In this document: positions 1 to 11,225 of the stretch, piece after piece
How the letters are laid out: each line of letters starts with the position of its first letter
Position numbering within the stretch: the first letter of the stretch is position 1
Source: a virus
Taxonomy: Duplodnaviria; Caudoviricetes
DNA length: 64,000 nt
IMG/VR virus record: IMGVR_UViG_2623620477_000001
Span: 10,075-74,074 of that record
Strand: one strand, 5' to 3'
Notes under the pieces: generated by a model
Told to the model about the DNA's origin: nothing
The model's input: only the letters and a program-made list of their open reading frames with translations
The model's database searches: none
Program-made: the position numbers and the translations under genes

Positions 1-3000
1 TTATTTGAAATTTAAGCCAAGCAACACAATCAATTGAATTAGAATGGAAAGGAACTGCAAAAGTCTTATCAGAAATAAAAGAATTGATGTCAATATTTAT
101 TGCACTGTCAAAAGGTGTTTTGTATACGTCAAGATGTATAATGCTTGCTGAATAATGCTCATCATTCCAATACTGCCAACTATTCCAAGTTACATCACTT
201 AGCGTTATTACACCAACAACAACTGCATATGTATCAGAATATACCTCATTTTCTTCTTCAAGAAGTTTACAATCTCCATAAATATATAATTTTCCAGAAT
301 CCCCAATAATTGTACATGGGTGAGTCATTTCACTTTCACTAAAGAATGCTTCTCTTCCATTAAAAACTGCATAATAACCACTCCAAGTAGTAGTTCCAGA
401 AGTAGATATTCTTATTATATATTGCATCGTTAAACTACTACTTCCAGAAACAAGAATATAAAAATATCCATCATAAGCCCCTACAGAATTTACTGTTAGA
501 TTGGAAAAGTCGTTTTCTAAGTCAATATCTGTTACAAAAACAGAAGATGGATTTAATATATTAACTACACATAGTTTATCTTGATTGTTACGAGCTAAAA
601 CATAATTATCAAGTTCAAATGGTAATGGGAAAGTTATTGACTGATTTAAACCTTGTAAAGTTTCTATTCTTTGAGTAGAAATGTTAAACAAAAGCCAAGT
701 AACTTCTGTTGACAAATCAAAGCCTATATACACTTTAGAAGAAGTTCCGTAAATTTTATGGAAATATAATTCTTCTGTATCGTGTAATTGGTATTCATCA
801 ACAACAGATTCATTTTTATAAACTTTGAGTTTTTTTGAAGAACCAATACTTACTCTATATACATCAGAAGAATTAGGAAGGCTAAAATAGTAAGCATGGC
901 TAAGTGTTTCAGAACTAATTGTTTTTGACTGTCCAGACTTATATGTTCCTTCCTCAACCATAATCGAGTTACCTTCGCTCGATGTTTGGAAGATTATGTT
1001 TTCATCTTCATCGTATACTGTAAAAGCGTTTCCGTTTACTGTAACATCACCTGTCGCACTTACTCGGAAATCGTTAATTACGAAGTCGATGTCATATTCT
1101 CCTGTCGGAACTCCGTTTTCAATTTGTGGTGTAACTTGAATATACTGATGTTCACCACCAACACGGAAAGAACCTTTTCTTAAGAGCGTGTGTTCATCTA
1201 TTACTGTATCATTTACAGCCCAATAGTTGTACTGGTCGCCTTGCATAGCACCGTCAGTAATATATCCAAGGTTTGCTGATAAGGCGGCGAGTTCTTCAAC
1301 GAAAATCTGCTGAACTCCTAATGCACCGTCTAAGCGGACTTTTTCTCCTTGATTATTAAGTTCCCAAGCCTTTACAACGTCTTGTGCAGAAGTTGCTCTT
1401 GCTTCAATGTAAGTAATAGAACTCCAAGAACTTTCAGCGAGAATTGTCTTTGCTTTAATGCGGTAAGCATAAAGAGTGTGAACACTTGCGTTTGGCTGTC
1501 CGTAAAGTGGTACGCTGAATGAAACGGTAGTTCCTGTTGCAACATTAAGTTTTTCACCTTCGTTTCCTTGCTTGTAGTTATCCAAACTTTCATAAGGATT
1601 CAAGCCAAGTGCAGGTGCATACCAAACCAATTCTGACGGATCTGTGATAGGTGTATAAACATTGTTCACTAATTTATACGCTTTTGCAACTTGTATGAGA
1701 ACTCCTTGACTTCCGTAGATATTATTCTGTTCTGTCCAACGAAGTGTAACACTTCTGCCCGAAGATGTGATATTCAATGTAGGAGTTGTCGGAGTGTAAC
1801 CAAGATAGCCTGTAACATCTGGGTGTACAACAGCACTGTCAGAATAGCCTGCTTCATTTTTCTCTCTTACTTTTATGCTAAGAGCCTGTACTGTTGCGGT
1901 AAGCATTGGCTGAATAGCATACTGATACGATTCGAGAGTTACATCTGATGCTACTAAAGTGTTATCTACATAAATATCGAAGAACTTAGTGCCGTAACTT
2001 TCTGTGTCTGCAACAAGAGGAATCTCAATATATTTTTCATAAGCCTTTGGAGCGATTACAGGAGTTGCAATCTCCCAAGTCTTATAATAAGTATCATCAA
2101 GAGTATAAGTATTCTGTGTCTGCGTATACGCTTCGGATGTTGCGGTTACAGAGAATATCCAATCATCTTCGATGTCATCAATCTCTGGATAGCCGTCATT
2201 TTCTCTATCGAAGTAATAGTAATATGTAAGACTGCGAGTTCCTGTAATTTTCTGTGTTCCGTTTACACTTGCGCTGAATGAAGGTGTTCCGTAGAAATCT
2301 CCACTTAAAGACCACTTCAATTCGATGTAATCTTCGAACGGAGTTGCTGTAAGTGTTGGAGCATTAAAGTGCCAAGTTTTATAATGAGTCTTATCATAAG
2401 TTGCATTTGCAGAAGTTGCAGACAATCCCGACTGATTAGACACAGTAACAGTAAAGTTCCAAGCACTTGTATCAAAATCGCTCTTTTCTGGATATTCGTT
2501 ATTCTCTCTGTTGAAATTATAACGATATGAGAATCCTCCAATGCCCTGTGCGATTACAACACCGTTTCTTTTTATTGTGTACAGATTTACACCGAATACA
2601 CTACTTGTATCACAACTCCAAGTGATATTGATATAATCTCTATACGGAGTTGCTGTAACATTTATCGGTGCGGTCGGTTGCCAAGTAAGATAGTGAGTAA
2701 GGTCGAGAGTAACATTTACCCAATCAGAATAATGTCCGTACACATTCATTGTTCTGATTCTTATTGACCAATTCGAGAGTTGAGAGGTTGTAGGATAACC
2801 GTCTGTGCTTCGGTCAAAAATATAATCATAGAATGTTTCAGAAGTTACAAAAGTCTGAACTACATTATTCGGTTTTGTTATTTCAACGAGGTAATTCTTT
2901 ACACTATCATTAAGAGTAGCACCGCCATTTTCCCATTTAACAGAGATTCCGCTTTCCTTTGCAACGGCAGTAGCATTTGACGGAGCAACTGGTGTAGCAG

Positions 3001-5659
3001 TTCCACCATTTTCGATTATTCCAATGGTTTCTCCAATGGCATTTGCAAGGTCTGATTGTGAAGCAGGAGTACTTACATCTCCGTAATTTATAGGAAGTCC
3101 GCTCTGATTTGGGAGAGTGGTTTTCGGATCAAAGTCGTCTACAACAATACTATCTGCATCATAAATCTGTTCATTATAAGGAATGAGCGTTAATTCATAA
3201 GTTCCGTCACCATTTTCTTTCTTTCCGAAACAGAGAGTTTCAATTGTTTCTGTTCCATAGAGTCCGAATGATAATACTGCTCCTTCTTCTATAATGCTAT
3301 TTGCAGTTTCAGCACTATCGAACATAAGTACATTGTGCTCTCCCGATGCAGAGAATCTAGCAAGTTTTTTCTTTATGATTACAGGTTCTCCGTTTGTGTT
3401 TACACCGTTTATTTGAACACCATAATTTTCGTTTACATGAGCAACTGTGAACTTTACATCGGTTTTAATACCTGTAATGAGGTTGTTATCGTTCTTGATA
3501 AGTTCTACAACTTCTCCACCCTCTCCGATACCAACGCTGATTATAGGGCTTTGAATTGTTATAAGACTACCAATTTCAGCAAGTGAACCTTCGGTAGTTA
3601 CCTTTGCTTGAAGGGTTTCTGGTCTTAATTTCTTACAAGCCTGCTGATATAAACTTAATGCCTTTGCGTGATATGGGTCTGAAATATATGGCATTTCTAC
3701 ATTCTCAAGAACATCAGAACTTGACAAGGCAGGACTTCCGTAAGGTTTTACTGCAATTGTATCTTGCTGATAATAATTCAACGCAGAAATGTACTTTACA
3801 CTCTGACCGTCTGGAAGTACATCAAAACTCTTTGTCAGTGTAAGCGATAACAAGTTGTTATTATTCAAAGTAAGCAGAGGTATAGACTGTGGCTTATCGG
3901 TATAAATACCGTACTTCTTTCCGTTGAGGATAATAAAACTCTTTGCGGTCTGTAAAATAGTGTTTACAAGGTCGATTGTTTTTGTACTATTTAATACAGC
4001 ACCGTCACAATAATGACGTTTATCGGAAATGCCTCCTGCAAATGTCCTTGTTTCTTCACAGAGTTCATACAGTTCTCCAAACTGCTGTAAGTCGATTTTG
4101 TTTGACTCCATATAATCAATACCTTCTGTGAGATTGTATCTGTATATAGGGTCTTTATAATCTCCTGTCATTACCATTAAAGAAAGTGATGCTGGGTTTC
4201 GTGTCGGCGCTAGAGTTTTGCTCCACCCTGTTCCATCGAATGTTCTTGCCTTTGAAGTAGCGACGAGATTTATTTTATCAAAATTACTCTGTAAATCATC
4301 AGTTACCTTAATAGAGAATCCAAGTCTTGCAGTCTTGTTTCTTTCTCTTTCATTCATAGGTGCTTGTCTTTCATAACTTGTTGATTGACCTTCCCAATCT
4401 GTTTTTGAATAATCATAGCACCAACTTCGAATTGCAGTAAAATAACACTTGTCTATTATCTGTGCAGAATCTGTAGTTGAAGGATTACAACGAGAGATTC
4501 TGAACTCGATTACCTTCGATTCACAAGTCTTTATATCACTCTTTGGGAACGCAATACGGTAAACATATCTTAAGGTTTTTGCCTTTTGGTTTTTGAATAC
4601 CATATATCCGTGTTCTTGGTCGTAGATACCTCTGTTTGTAGATTCTGACATCTTCCACTTCTGACCCACGTTATCACCTACAATCCAAGTGTTCCCGTTA
4701 TCAAGAGAATACTCGATTTTTACATCAACTTCTGCATCCTGTTTTTCACCCTTATCGTTATATCCGATAAGACCTGCAAAAGACACTTCGAGTTCTACTA
4801 TATTTGCATATCGGGCAGAGAACGCATAAACATAATTTGCATTTCCTTCTACATTCTTAAGTTCTGCATTAAAGTTCTCTTGTACAACTTTCTGATTATA
4901 CAAAGATACTTCGTTCGCTCCCTGCTGTATTTCAAGTTGAGTGTAACTTGATTTTTCTGGGTCTACTTCGCCTGTAACTGGATCAATGTATTCATAAGGA
5001 TATTTTTCTGATGTAATTTCAAGAGCACCGTTCTCAACATTTCCTATATTACTTGCAAGAACTTCGTTTCCTATACTTACATCTTTTATATCGAGGTTGT
5101 TATATCCGATTAAATACAGACAGTGATATATCATATTTTCACCGTCTTCTCCACTTATTGTTGTGTAAGGCTTTCCAATTACATAAGGAACAAAATAAGT
5201 CTTTCCTAAAATAAGAGGTATACACTTTCCTAAAGCACTCTGATTCTTCGAGCCTTGTATTGAAGGAAGATTTTCTATTTCTTCTTGATTGTTAGCAGTA
5301 TCTACATCTGGAGTAAGCCATTTTTTCAATCCTTCTTTAAGTAATTCAGCGAACCCCTTGCCTGTTACCATTCTAACAACAAGTTCACTAACACCAAGAA
5401 CAGCAACTCCAATAAGTGTAGCATAAATAAGCGAAGCAACAGAAATAGTTCCGACTGCACTTGGGTACTGTCTTATAACACAAGTATCACCGTCTTTAAG
5501 TTTATAGTCTTTTTCCTTGCGGATTCCGTTTACAAAGATTACAGAGTTTTCAAGATCAACGTCTGTAATTGCTTCACAAAGACAGAGAGGTGTGCTGATT
5601 TTTACGACTTCTGATTTAGGCTCAAATGGATTCTTAATTACTTCAACAATTGCTTGGCT
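1..5659 (-). CDS. Tail tip / host-specificity protein (lambda gpI+gpJ-like, FN3-like repeats), 3'-truncated by window edge; AGC start
   Basis: Missing from the ORF track. By hand translation the frame is open from AGC at 5659 to base 1 (>1880 codons): (M)QAIVEVIKNPFEPK...IFVNG...LKDGD...GSKNQSALGKCIPLILG...TRNPA..., with repeated 'FDR..DGYP...W' beta-sandwich units. Lies downstream of the NlpC/P60 gene. Confidence 0.88.
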
Positions 5660-6038
5660 TGTAGTACCCCTCTATTCTGTTTTCCCACCTATGCAACGGT
5701 TCAATTTTTACACCCTCTTTAGTAGCGTGGATAAATAAACCGTGTTCAAGGTAAACTCCCGTATGTGTGGGTTCGTTTATTATTTTGATTACTATTATAC
5801 ACAATTCTTGCGGATAAGCCAACTTTTCATATTTAACTTTTTGTATCATTTCAAGAAAAACTGATTCGTACTGTTCTGGATTGTCATAGTCTACATCTGG
5901 AAGATACATTCCGTGTATTTTGTAAACTTCAATATCAATTCCATAACAATCAAAACCTTCTTTGGTTCTTCCGTGGATTTTATAAGGACATCCAACTAAT
6001 TCTTTTATTTTTTCGTAATTTATACTAGTCCTGGACAT
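5643..6038 (-). CDS. NlpC/P60 tail-assembly protein (gpK-like)
   Basis: GCPYKIHGR..GFDCYG and HTGVYL..G.FIHA catalytic motifs; position in tail module. Confidence 0.9.
   Translation of the reverse strand: MSRTSINYEKIKELVGCPYKIHGRTKEGFDCYGIDIEVYKIHGMYLPDVDYDNPEQYESVFLEMIQKVKYEKLAYPQELCIIVIKIINEPTHTGVYLEHGLFIHATKEGVKIEPLHRWENRIEGYYKPSNC
5657..5672 (-). promoter_or_regulatory. RBS + AGC start of tail tip gene
   Basis: GAGGGG-tactaca-AGC CAA GCA ATT; in-frame TAG 5 codons upstream; first in-frame ATG is 96 codons downstream. Confidence 0.8.
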
Positions 6039-6499
6039 ACTCTATCATTACAAACATCATAAGGAACTTTAATGTCGAATAAATCATCAAACTTCATAGT
6101 CCACTGAATAATTGTTTCATTCAAAACTGCATTTGTAAGAATGAACTCCATATCTTCAATCGGTTCGATAACATCAGAACCATTATTATATTCAATTGTG
6201 GCTACAAATCTAATTGTTGCTCTTACTTTTGCAGAACGGATCTTATCAACCCAAAACTGGTCTACGGAAGAAATACTGATAGAAGCATCTGTAAATCCTG
6301 TGCTTGTCTGTTCTGGCAAACTTATTTTGAAAAATCCTGCCAAGAACGTATGTTCCTCAAAGACTACATCTTCATCAGTGTTTGCGTAGCGATATATTAC
6401 TACATTTCCTTCATTGTCAGTATAAGTAATCTCAATGAGATACGGAAACTTAGCCTGTATCACCATCTTTTCCATTAAAAGTTTTGCAGTTCTTGTCAT
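6020..6499 (-). CDS. Minor tail / baseplate hub protein (DUF1833/gpL-like)
   Basis: GGAGG-aagt-ATG at 6499; F.A..F.ISLP motif; C-terminal CPGL; synteny. Confidence 0.7.
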   Translation of the reverse strand: MTRTAKLLMEKMVIQAKFPYLIEITYTDNEGNVVIYRYANTDEDVVFEEHTFLAGFFKISLPEQTSTGFTDASISISSVDQFWVDKIRSAKVRATIRFVATIEYNNGSDVIEPIEDMEFILTNAVLNETIIQWTMKFDDLFDIKVPYDVCNDRVCPGLV

Positions 6500-6849
6500 A
6501 CTTCCTCCCAATCCATAGTACAAGTTATAAGTTTTCCACTTGTTTGAGAATACTGCGGTGCTCCGTCAGAAGTGAATCTGTATTCAGCATTTCCACTTCC
6601 GTCAATCTTAGGAAACTCAAAAGACAGAGTTCCGAACTTAATTGTATTCTTATACCAATAACTAAAATACAGATATTCGTCATAGGTAAAAATCATCGTT
6701 ACGCTAAAAGGTCTTTTGGCAAGGCTGTGAGCCATTCGTCTTTTTGTTTTACCACTTAATGTTTCATCAGAGATAAAACCTGTTATTTCAGACCAAGTTG
6801 TATCTCTTCTTGCCAACTGATTTACATGAGAATCCCAAGCCTGTGCCAT
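6496..6849 (-). CDS. Distal tail protein (gpM-like)
   Basis: SGKTKRR and WYKNTIKFG.LSF.FP motifs; directly after tape measure. Confidence 0.7.
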   Translation of the reverse strand: MAQAWDSHVNQLARRDTTWSEITGFISDETLSGKTKRRMAHSLAKRPFSVTMIFTYDEYLYFSYWYKNTIKFGTLSFEFPKIDGSGNAEYRFTSDGAPQYSQTSGKLITCTMDWEEV

Positions 6850-9800
6850 TATAACCTCCTACCGTCTACTCTCTGTTTCTGCATTGCAAAAGCGTTATCC
6901 CAACCATTAAAACCATTTGCAACATCACTCGCAATCTTCTTGCTGATTGTAATGAGCATTTCATTTACGCCATTATTATTTCTCTGCTGAACATCAACAT
7001 CGGTATTTGCATAGTTGTTTACCACAACTTTTACTGCACCTTTGCCGAGTCCTTCAGGATTCTTTGTTGCAATAATAGTATCTTCGGGATGAGTACTGAA
7101 ATTACCTTTTGGTGTAATTATCATATCATTTACAGGTGTTGCTCTTGATACATAATCTTTAAGAGTAAATGCGTTAATTTCAGATTTCTTCTTAAGATAA
7201 TACTCTTCCTGTTCCTTAATTGCCTTTGCAAGGTCTTTATACTGCTGATTAAGTTCTTTGAGAAGTTCAAGTTGTTTCTCTTGTTCATTTGCCTCTGATG
7301 ACCCCTCTGCAAGAGAACTTATAAATCCCGATGCAATACCACTTGCTCCACCAAGAGCAAATAAAGCGAGAGCGCCTGGCACTCCTGCCCAACCAGACTG
7401 TGCAATTAAGTTGACACCTGCTTGAATACAGGTAATTGCGAGGCTCTTTGTTATCTGTGAAACGAGTTGTGCAAACTGTTTCTTTAATGCGTCTCCTACG
7501 CTTGCTCCTTTTGCGAGAGCATCGCCGATTGCTGTAAATCCGTCTATCAAGGCATTTGGAATCTGTGTCTTTGCAATGTCCATAAGAGTACTTGCAAATA
7601 AATCAGCATTAGTTTTTGATATACCGATTTTCTCAAAGTATTCAGAAACCTGTCCTTCAAGATAACCCCAAATATCAGACTGTTTTTTCTTCTCATCAGT
7701 TAATTGCTTTTCCCAATAAAGAAGTGCTTCGGCTTGGTTTTCTGTGTACCCTTCCGACATAAGAGCCTTTATTTCAGCCTGTTTCTTTAACTCACCTGTC
7801 TGGTCTTTGAGGATTGCAAGTTCTTCTCTATATGATTCCAATTGAGCAATAGTAGCCTCTTGTTGTGCGCTATACTGCAAATCTTTCATCTTGTTTGTAG
7901 TACCCTCATCAGCACCCCACAATCCCGAATCACGCATAGCTTTGATTACAGAGTTTATCTTCTCAAGTTTCTGTTCTGCGAGATCCAATTTGCTTATATT
8001 GATAAGTCCTGCGTCAGAGAATGACTTCATATTTGTCATTTCCTTTTCAAGTTTTTCCTTGAATTTAGCAACAGCAGTAGCACCTTTTTCAATAGCACCA
8101 TCATATACTTCTTCGTTAGTGAATCCCATCGCATTTTGCAATACTTTCTGCCATTCAGAGAGATTTTCAAGCTTAATTTTAATCTTTACTTCTTTAAGTT
8201 GCTTATTGAGATATTCAATCGTCTTGTCAATTTCTGGCTTATTCTTTGCATAACTGATTACATTTCCATCATTATCAAATTGTCCATTGAGTTCTTTTAA
8301 TTTCTTCTCATAAGCCTGTACAGTTTTAACGTTATCTTCAAGAGCAATTTTCTCTTTTTCGTGTTTAGAGATAGTTCCATTAAACAATTCATCAACTTGG
8401 TCTTTAAGTTCGGTGATATTGAACTTCTCAACTTGAGATTCCCAAAATGAAACAACACGAGCCTGTTCTTCTATCGACCTATTTGTATGTGCAACGGCTT
8501 CTTGCCATTTATTTACTTCTTCTTGTGCTTTCTTTAATTTCTTTTCATATCCTGTAAGTCCGCCACCACCATCTTTTCTCATTTTTTCTTCAAGCAAACT
8601 TACATTCTTGTGTGCCTCTTGTAGTTTTTCATTAAAAGTAGCAAGATTGCTCTTATACCCATCAAGAATAGCAGTTTCATTTTGAAGATTCTGTTTGCGA
8701 TTATTCTTATTAACTCCAACATTCAGTAAGTTATAATCTGTTCCCATTGCCTTTTTTGCATCTTCTACAGCCTTCGCCATTTTTGCGGTTTCTTCTGCAG
8801 CCTCCGCAGTACTCTTTTTATAAGACTTTACAGCAACGGCTATTCCTGCAATTACACCTGCTCCAACAGCCAACGCTAAAGTTGCAGGGTTGAGAATTGC
8901 CTTAAGAACTACAGTTTTCTTTAACTCGGTATTTAATTTGATTATTGCACCAACAAGTCCAACTCCGATTACGGTTACAAGGGAAGAAATAACCGCAACA
9001 AGTCCACCTTGTAGAAGTGCTTTCATTACAGGATTGCTATTCCACTCAAGTAATTTATCAGAGAGGTTTCCTATCTTTTCTTTGAGGACATCGAGGATAG
9101 CCTTGTAAGCATCTGCAATTCCCGATACTTCGGCAAAGTTTACAGTCATTTCCTTAAAGTAGTCAGAAATGAACCCTTCCTTACCTTCGATAGTTTTATT
9201 GATGTTGTCCATAGCATTATAGAACTGACCTGCTTTTCCTGTGGTTTCATCTACGGCAGAAGTCATATTCTTAAATGCCTTGGTAATATCCTTTGCGGTG
9301 GCAGTTCCCGTAACGCCCATTTTCTTCAACATATCATAGATAGGAACGCCACGCATAGCCAACTGTTGCAACTGCATAGCAGATGCCTTTCCTGTACTGT
9401 TGATTTTAGAATAGATAGTTACGAGATCCGCGAACTTGTTTTTGTCTCCCTGTACAACGTTTCCGAGCATTACCAACTTATCTTTAATGGTGTCTACATC
9501 TACACCGACGTTAGCCATCTGTGTAAACGCACCTGTAAGTTCATCAACACCGAAAGTTGTTTCATTAGAGAGTTTTCGAAGTTCCTCGAACTTTGCTTTA
9601 CCTACATCTGCATCGTGGAAGAATGTAGTAAGACCCATTTCAAGTTCTTCGAAGTGTGAGAAGTTACCAATAGCGGTCTTAAACGCACTAGTCATTCCTT
9701 TAATAGTTGCAACAAGTGAAGTAACACCTGCAACTGCCGCGAGAGTAGACGGGCTAAGCGCCCTCATCGCATCATCAAGATTACCCGTAACCTTTTCAGA

Positions 9801-9899
9801 GTTACTTGCAGTCTTGTTGAACATATCTAAATCGCCTGTAGCCTTTACTACTCCCTTAGAATCTATCTCAAGAACTAATCTACTGATGTCATTTGCGCT
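6849..9899 (-). CDS. Tail tape measure protein, AGC start (1016 aa)
   Basis: Long Ala/Lys/Leu-rich coiled coil with tape-measure N domain (LSNETTFGVDEL...LQQLAMRGVPIYDML) and hydrophobic segments; extension to AGC restores a typical N-terminus (M)ANDISRLVLEIDSKGVVKATGDLD. Confidence 0.92.
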   Translation of the reverse strand, partial: SANDISRLVLEIDSKGVVKATGDLDMFNKTASNSEKVTGNLDDAMRALSPSTLAAVAGVTSLVATIKGMTSAFKTAIGNFSHFEELEMGLTTFFHDADVGKAKFEELRKLSNETTFGVDELTGAFTQMANVGVDVDTIKDKLVMLGNVVQGDKNKFADLVTIYSKINSTGKASAMQLQQLAMRGVPIYDMLKKMGVTGTATAKDITKAFKNMTSAVDETTGKAGQFYNAMDNINKTIEGKEGFISDYFKEMTVNFAEVSGIADAYKAILDVLKEKIGNLSDKLLEWNSNPVMKALLQGGLVAVISSLVTVIGVGLVGAIIKLNTELKKTVVLKAILNPATLALAVGAGVIAGIAVAVKSYKKSTAEAAEETAKMAKAVEDAKKAMGTDYNLLNVGVNKNNRKQNLQNETAILDGYKSNLATFNEKLQEAHKNVSLLEEKMRKDGGGGLTGYEKKLKKAQEEVNKWQEAVAHTNRSIEEQARVVSFWESQVEKFNITELKDQVDELFNGTISKHEKEKIALEDNVKTVQAYEKKLKELNGQFDNDGNVISYAKNKPEIDKTIEYLNKQLKEVKIKIKLENLSEWQKVLQNAMGFTNEEVYDGAIEKGATAVAKFKEKLEKEMTNMKSFSDAGLINISKLDLAEQKLEKINSVIKAMRDSGLWGADEGTTNKMKDLQYSAQQEATIAQLESYREELAILKDQTGELKKQAEIKALMSEGYTENQAEALLYWEKQLTDEKKKQSDIWGYLEGQVSEYFEKIGISKTNADLFASTLMDIAKTQIPNALIDGFTAIGDALAKGASVGDALKKQFAQLVSQITKSLAITCIQAGVNLIAQSGWAGVPGALALFALGGASGIASGFISSLAEGSSEANEQEKQLELLKELNQQYKDLAKAIKEQEEYYLKKKSEINAFTLKDYVSRATPVNDMIITPKGNFSTHPEDTIIATKNPEGLGKGAVKVVVNNYANTDVDVQQRNNNGVNEMLITISKKIASDVANGFNGWDNAFAMQKQRVDGRRL

Positions 9900-10324
9900 T
9901 TGGCTTCCTCCTCAACACGAATGTCTTCTTCGGCTTCATCTTCCATTTGCTTGATTTTTGCGTCCGCCCAATTGTTACACTTCAAGATGAAGTCTATTTC
10001 TATCTGCCTAAACTTTATATTCCTAATTATAGCATACGAGTTAATATCTGTCCAAGTCATTACTTCGTGACAATGGTTGTATATCTCAAGAAACGAATTA
10101 TATATGAACAAAAAATAAACAGGAACATTTGGCTCTCTCAAGTAATCGAAGTCACTAGATTCGTCAAAACATTCCTGTCCTATATCTCGTATTAAGTCGT
10201 TTCTATCTTCCGCATTGGTTCTAAAAACAGTTCTATTACTCGCTGTTCGATGTGCTGTCGGATAATGTAGGAAGAAAAACTGCTCAATTGCCTCTTTTAG
10301 TTCTCCTTCCCTTCCGATAAAAAA
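9875..10324 (-). CDS. Tail assembly chaperone, -1 frameshift extension (gpGT C-terminal part)
   Basis: The -1 frame is open from the slippery site: FIGREGELKEAIEQFFFLHYP...MTWTDINSYA...IDFIL; sits between chaperone and tape measure genes. Confidence 0.8.
   Translation of the reverse strand, partial: FFIGREGELKEAIEQFFFLHYPTAHRTASNRTVFRTNAEDRNDLIRDIGQECFDESSDFDYLREPNVPVYFLFIYNSFLEIYNHCHEVMTWTDINSYAIIRNIKFRQIEIDFILKCNNWADAKIKQMEDEAEEDIRVEEEAKAQMTSVD
9897..9913 (-). promoter_or_regulatory. RBS + AGC start of tape measure gene
   Basis: GAGGAGG-aagccaa-AGC GCA AAT GAC; in-frame TGA 5 codons upstream. Confidence 0.85.
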
Positions 10325-10734
10325 TTAGAACGTTCGTTAGAAGTCTTGATTACCCATTCTTTAAGAGCAGGAATCTTTTCAAGAAGATATGTATACGATT
10401 TTTTATCACAACCAATTGTTTTTCCATTGAGAACAATTGGTTCATCAGTTACGTCTTTCTTATCCCAATCGTATGTCCAAACTCCGCCAATACGAATAAG
10501 AGCACCTTCAATGCTGGTCAAAAGTTCAGTTACATCGTCATCATCAAGTCCGTCTTTATCTTTTTTGCCAAATCCGAACTTTCTAAGTTTTGCGTTTTCA
10601 TACTCCTGTACTACATCCGAATCTCCGCCGTAAACTTTTACTGCAATAGGAAGTTTTCTTCCTTCGAGTTTTACGGGAATTACTACACCTTCATCAGCAT
10701 TGTCTTTTGTTGCAAATGCGCTTAAATCTGCCAT
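10297..10734 (-). CDS. Tail assembly chaperone (gpG-like)
   Basis: MADLSAFATKDNADEGV...VYGGDSD; ATG at 10734; position upstream of tape measure. Confidence 0.8.
   Translation of the reverse strand: MADLSAFATKDNADEGVVIPVKLEGRKLPIAVKVYGGDSDVVQEYENAKLRKFGFGKKDKDGLDDDDVTELLTSIEGALIRIGGVWTYDWDKKDVTDEPIVLNGKTIGCDKKSYTYLLEKIPALKEWVIKTSNERSNFLSEGKEN
10318..10324 (-). promoter_or_regulatory. Programmed -1 frameshift slippery heptamer T TTT TTA
   Basis: AAT TTT TTA near the 3' end of the chaperone gene; canonical X XXY YYZ in the lambda G/GT position. Confidence 0.8.
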
Positions 10735-10819
10735 ATACGCTTGTTTCCTCCAATTTAATGATTTTACATTATACTCGCCCATAAGATGCGTTATACACAA
10801 GATATGGGCTTATACAGAC

Positions 10820-11035
10820 TTATTTCTTTTCAAGTTTTTTCTGCTCACCGTCTGGAATAAAGCGAGCACAAATACCAAGTACAGCACCACCAAGAATGGT
10901 TACTGAACCTGCAATTGCTGTTGATGTCTTTGGGTCAAGTTTTCCTGTTACTCCAAGATAAGCAAAGATACCGTCAGAGATAACTTCAAGACCTGTTACA
11001 ATTGCTGTAATCAAATCAAATACATTCTTTGTCAT
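10820..11035 (-). CDS. Small two-TM membrane protein, possible holin
   Basis: 71 aa, two hydrophobic helices, basic C-terminus, AGGAGG RBS. Confidence 0.55.
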   Translation of the reverse strand: MTKNVFDLITAIVTGLEVISDGIFAYLGVTGKLDPKTSTAIAGSVTILGGAVLGICARFIPDGEQKKLEKK

Positions 11036-11132
11036 TTTAATCTCCTCCTAAAATGAGATTCTGTCTGTCCAATGCCAACCGTCTTTCCGATTTGCCATTA
11101 TGAGTTTTATATGACCAGAACCTTGTGGTTCT

Positions 11133-11199
11133 ATGGAAGTTCTCGGACTTAGCACCGAGCATCGAGGATAGAGAGCCTCGACTACACTATGCACTTCCA
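11133..11199 (-). ncRNA. D-armless tRNA-like structure
   Basis: 7-bp acceptor-like stem TGGAAGT/ACTTCCA; 6-bp stem TCGAGG/CCTCGA with loop CTCTCTAT; 5-bp stem CTCGG/CCGAG with loop TGCTAAGT. Confidence 0.4.
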
Positions 11200-11225
11200 C
11201 CTACAGAACTTGAAAACTGTAGAAA

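Noticed and set aside
1-1000. Diversity-generating retroelement acting on the tail tip
   Set aside because: No reverse transcriptase or template/variable repeat pair is visible in this window.
5643-5672. Frameshift fusion of NlpC/P60 to the tail tip protein
   Set aside because: No slippery sequence; an SD plus AGC matching the other five sites explains the start more simply.
6024-6038. AGT (wobble) start for the NlpC/P60 gene
   Set aside because: An in-frame ATG exists 4 codons upstream and there is no well-spaced SD for the AGT.
11154-11161. tRNA-like element as antisense regulator of the 62-kb leader (shared TGCTCGGT)
   Set aside because: Only an 8-nt match, mostly buried in a stem; chance cannot be excluded.
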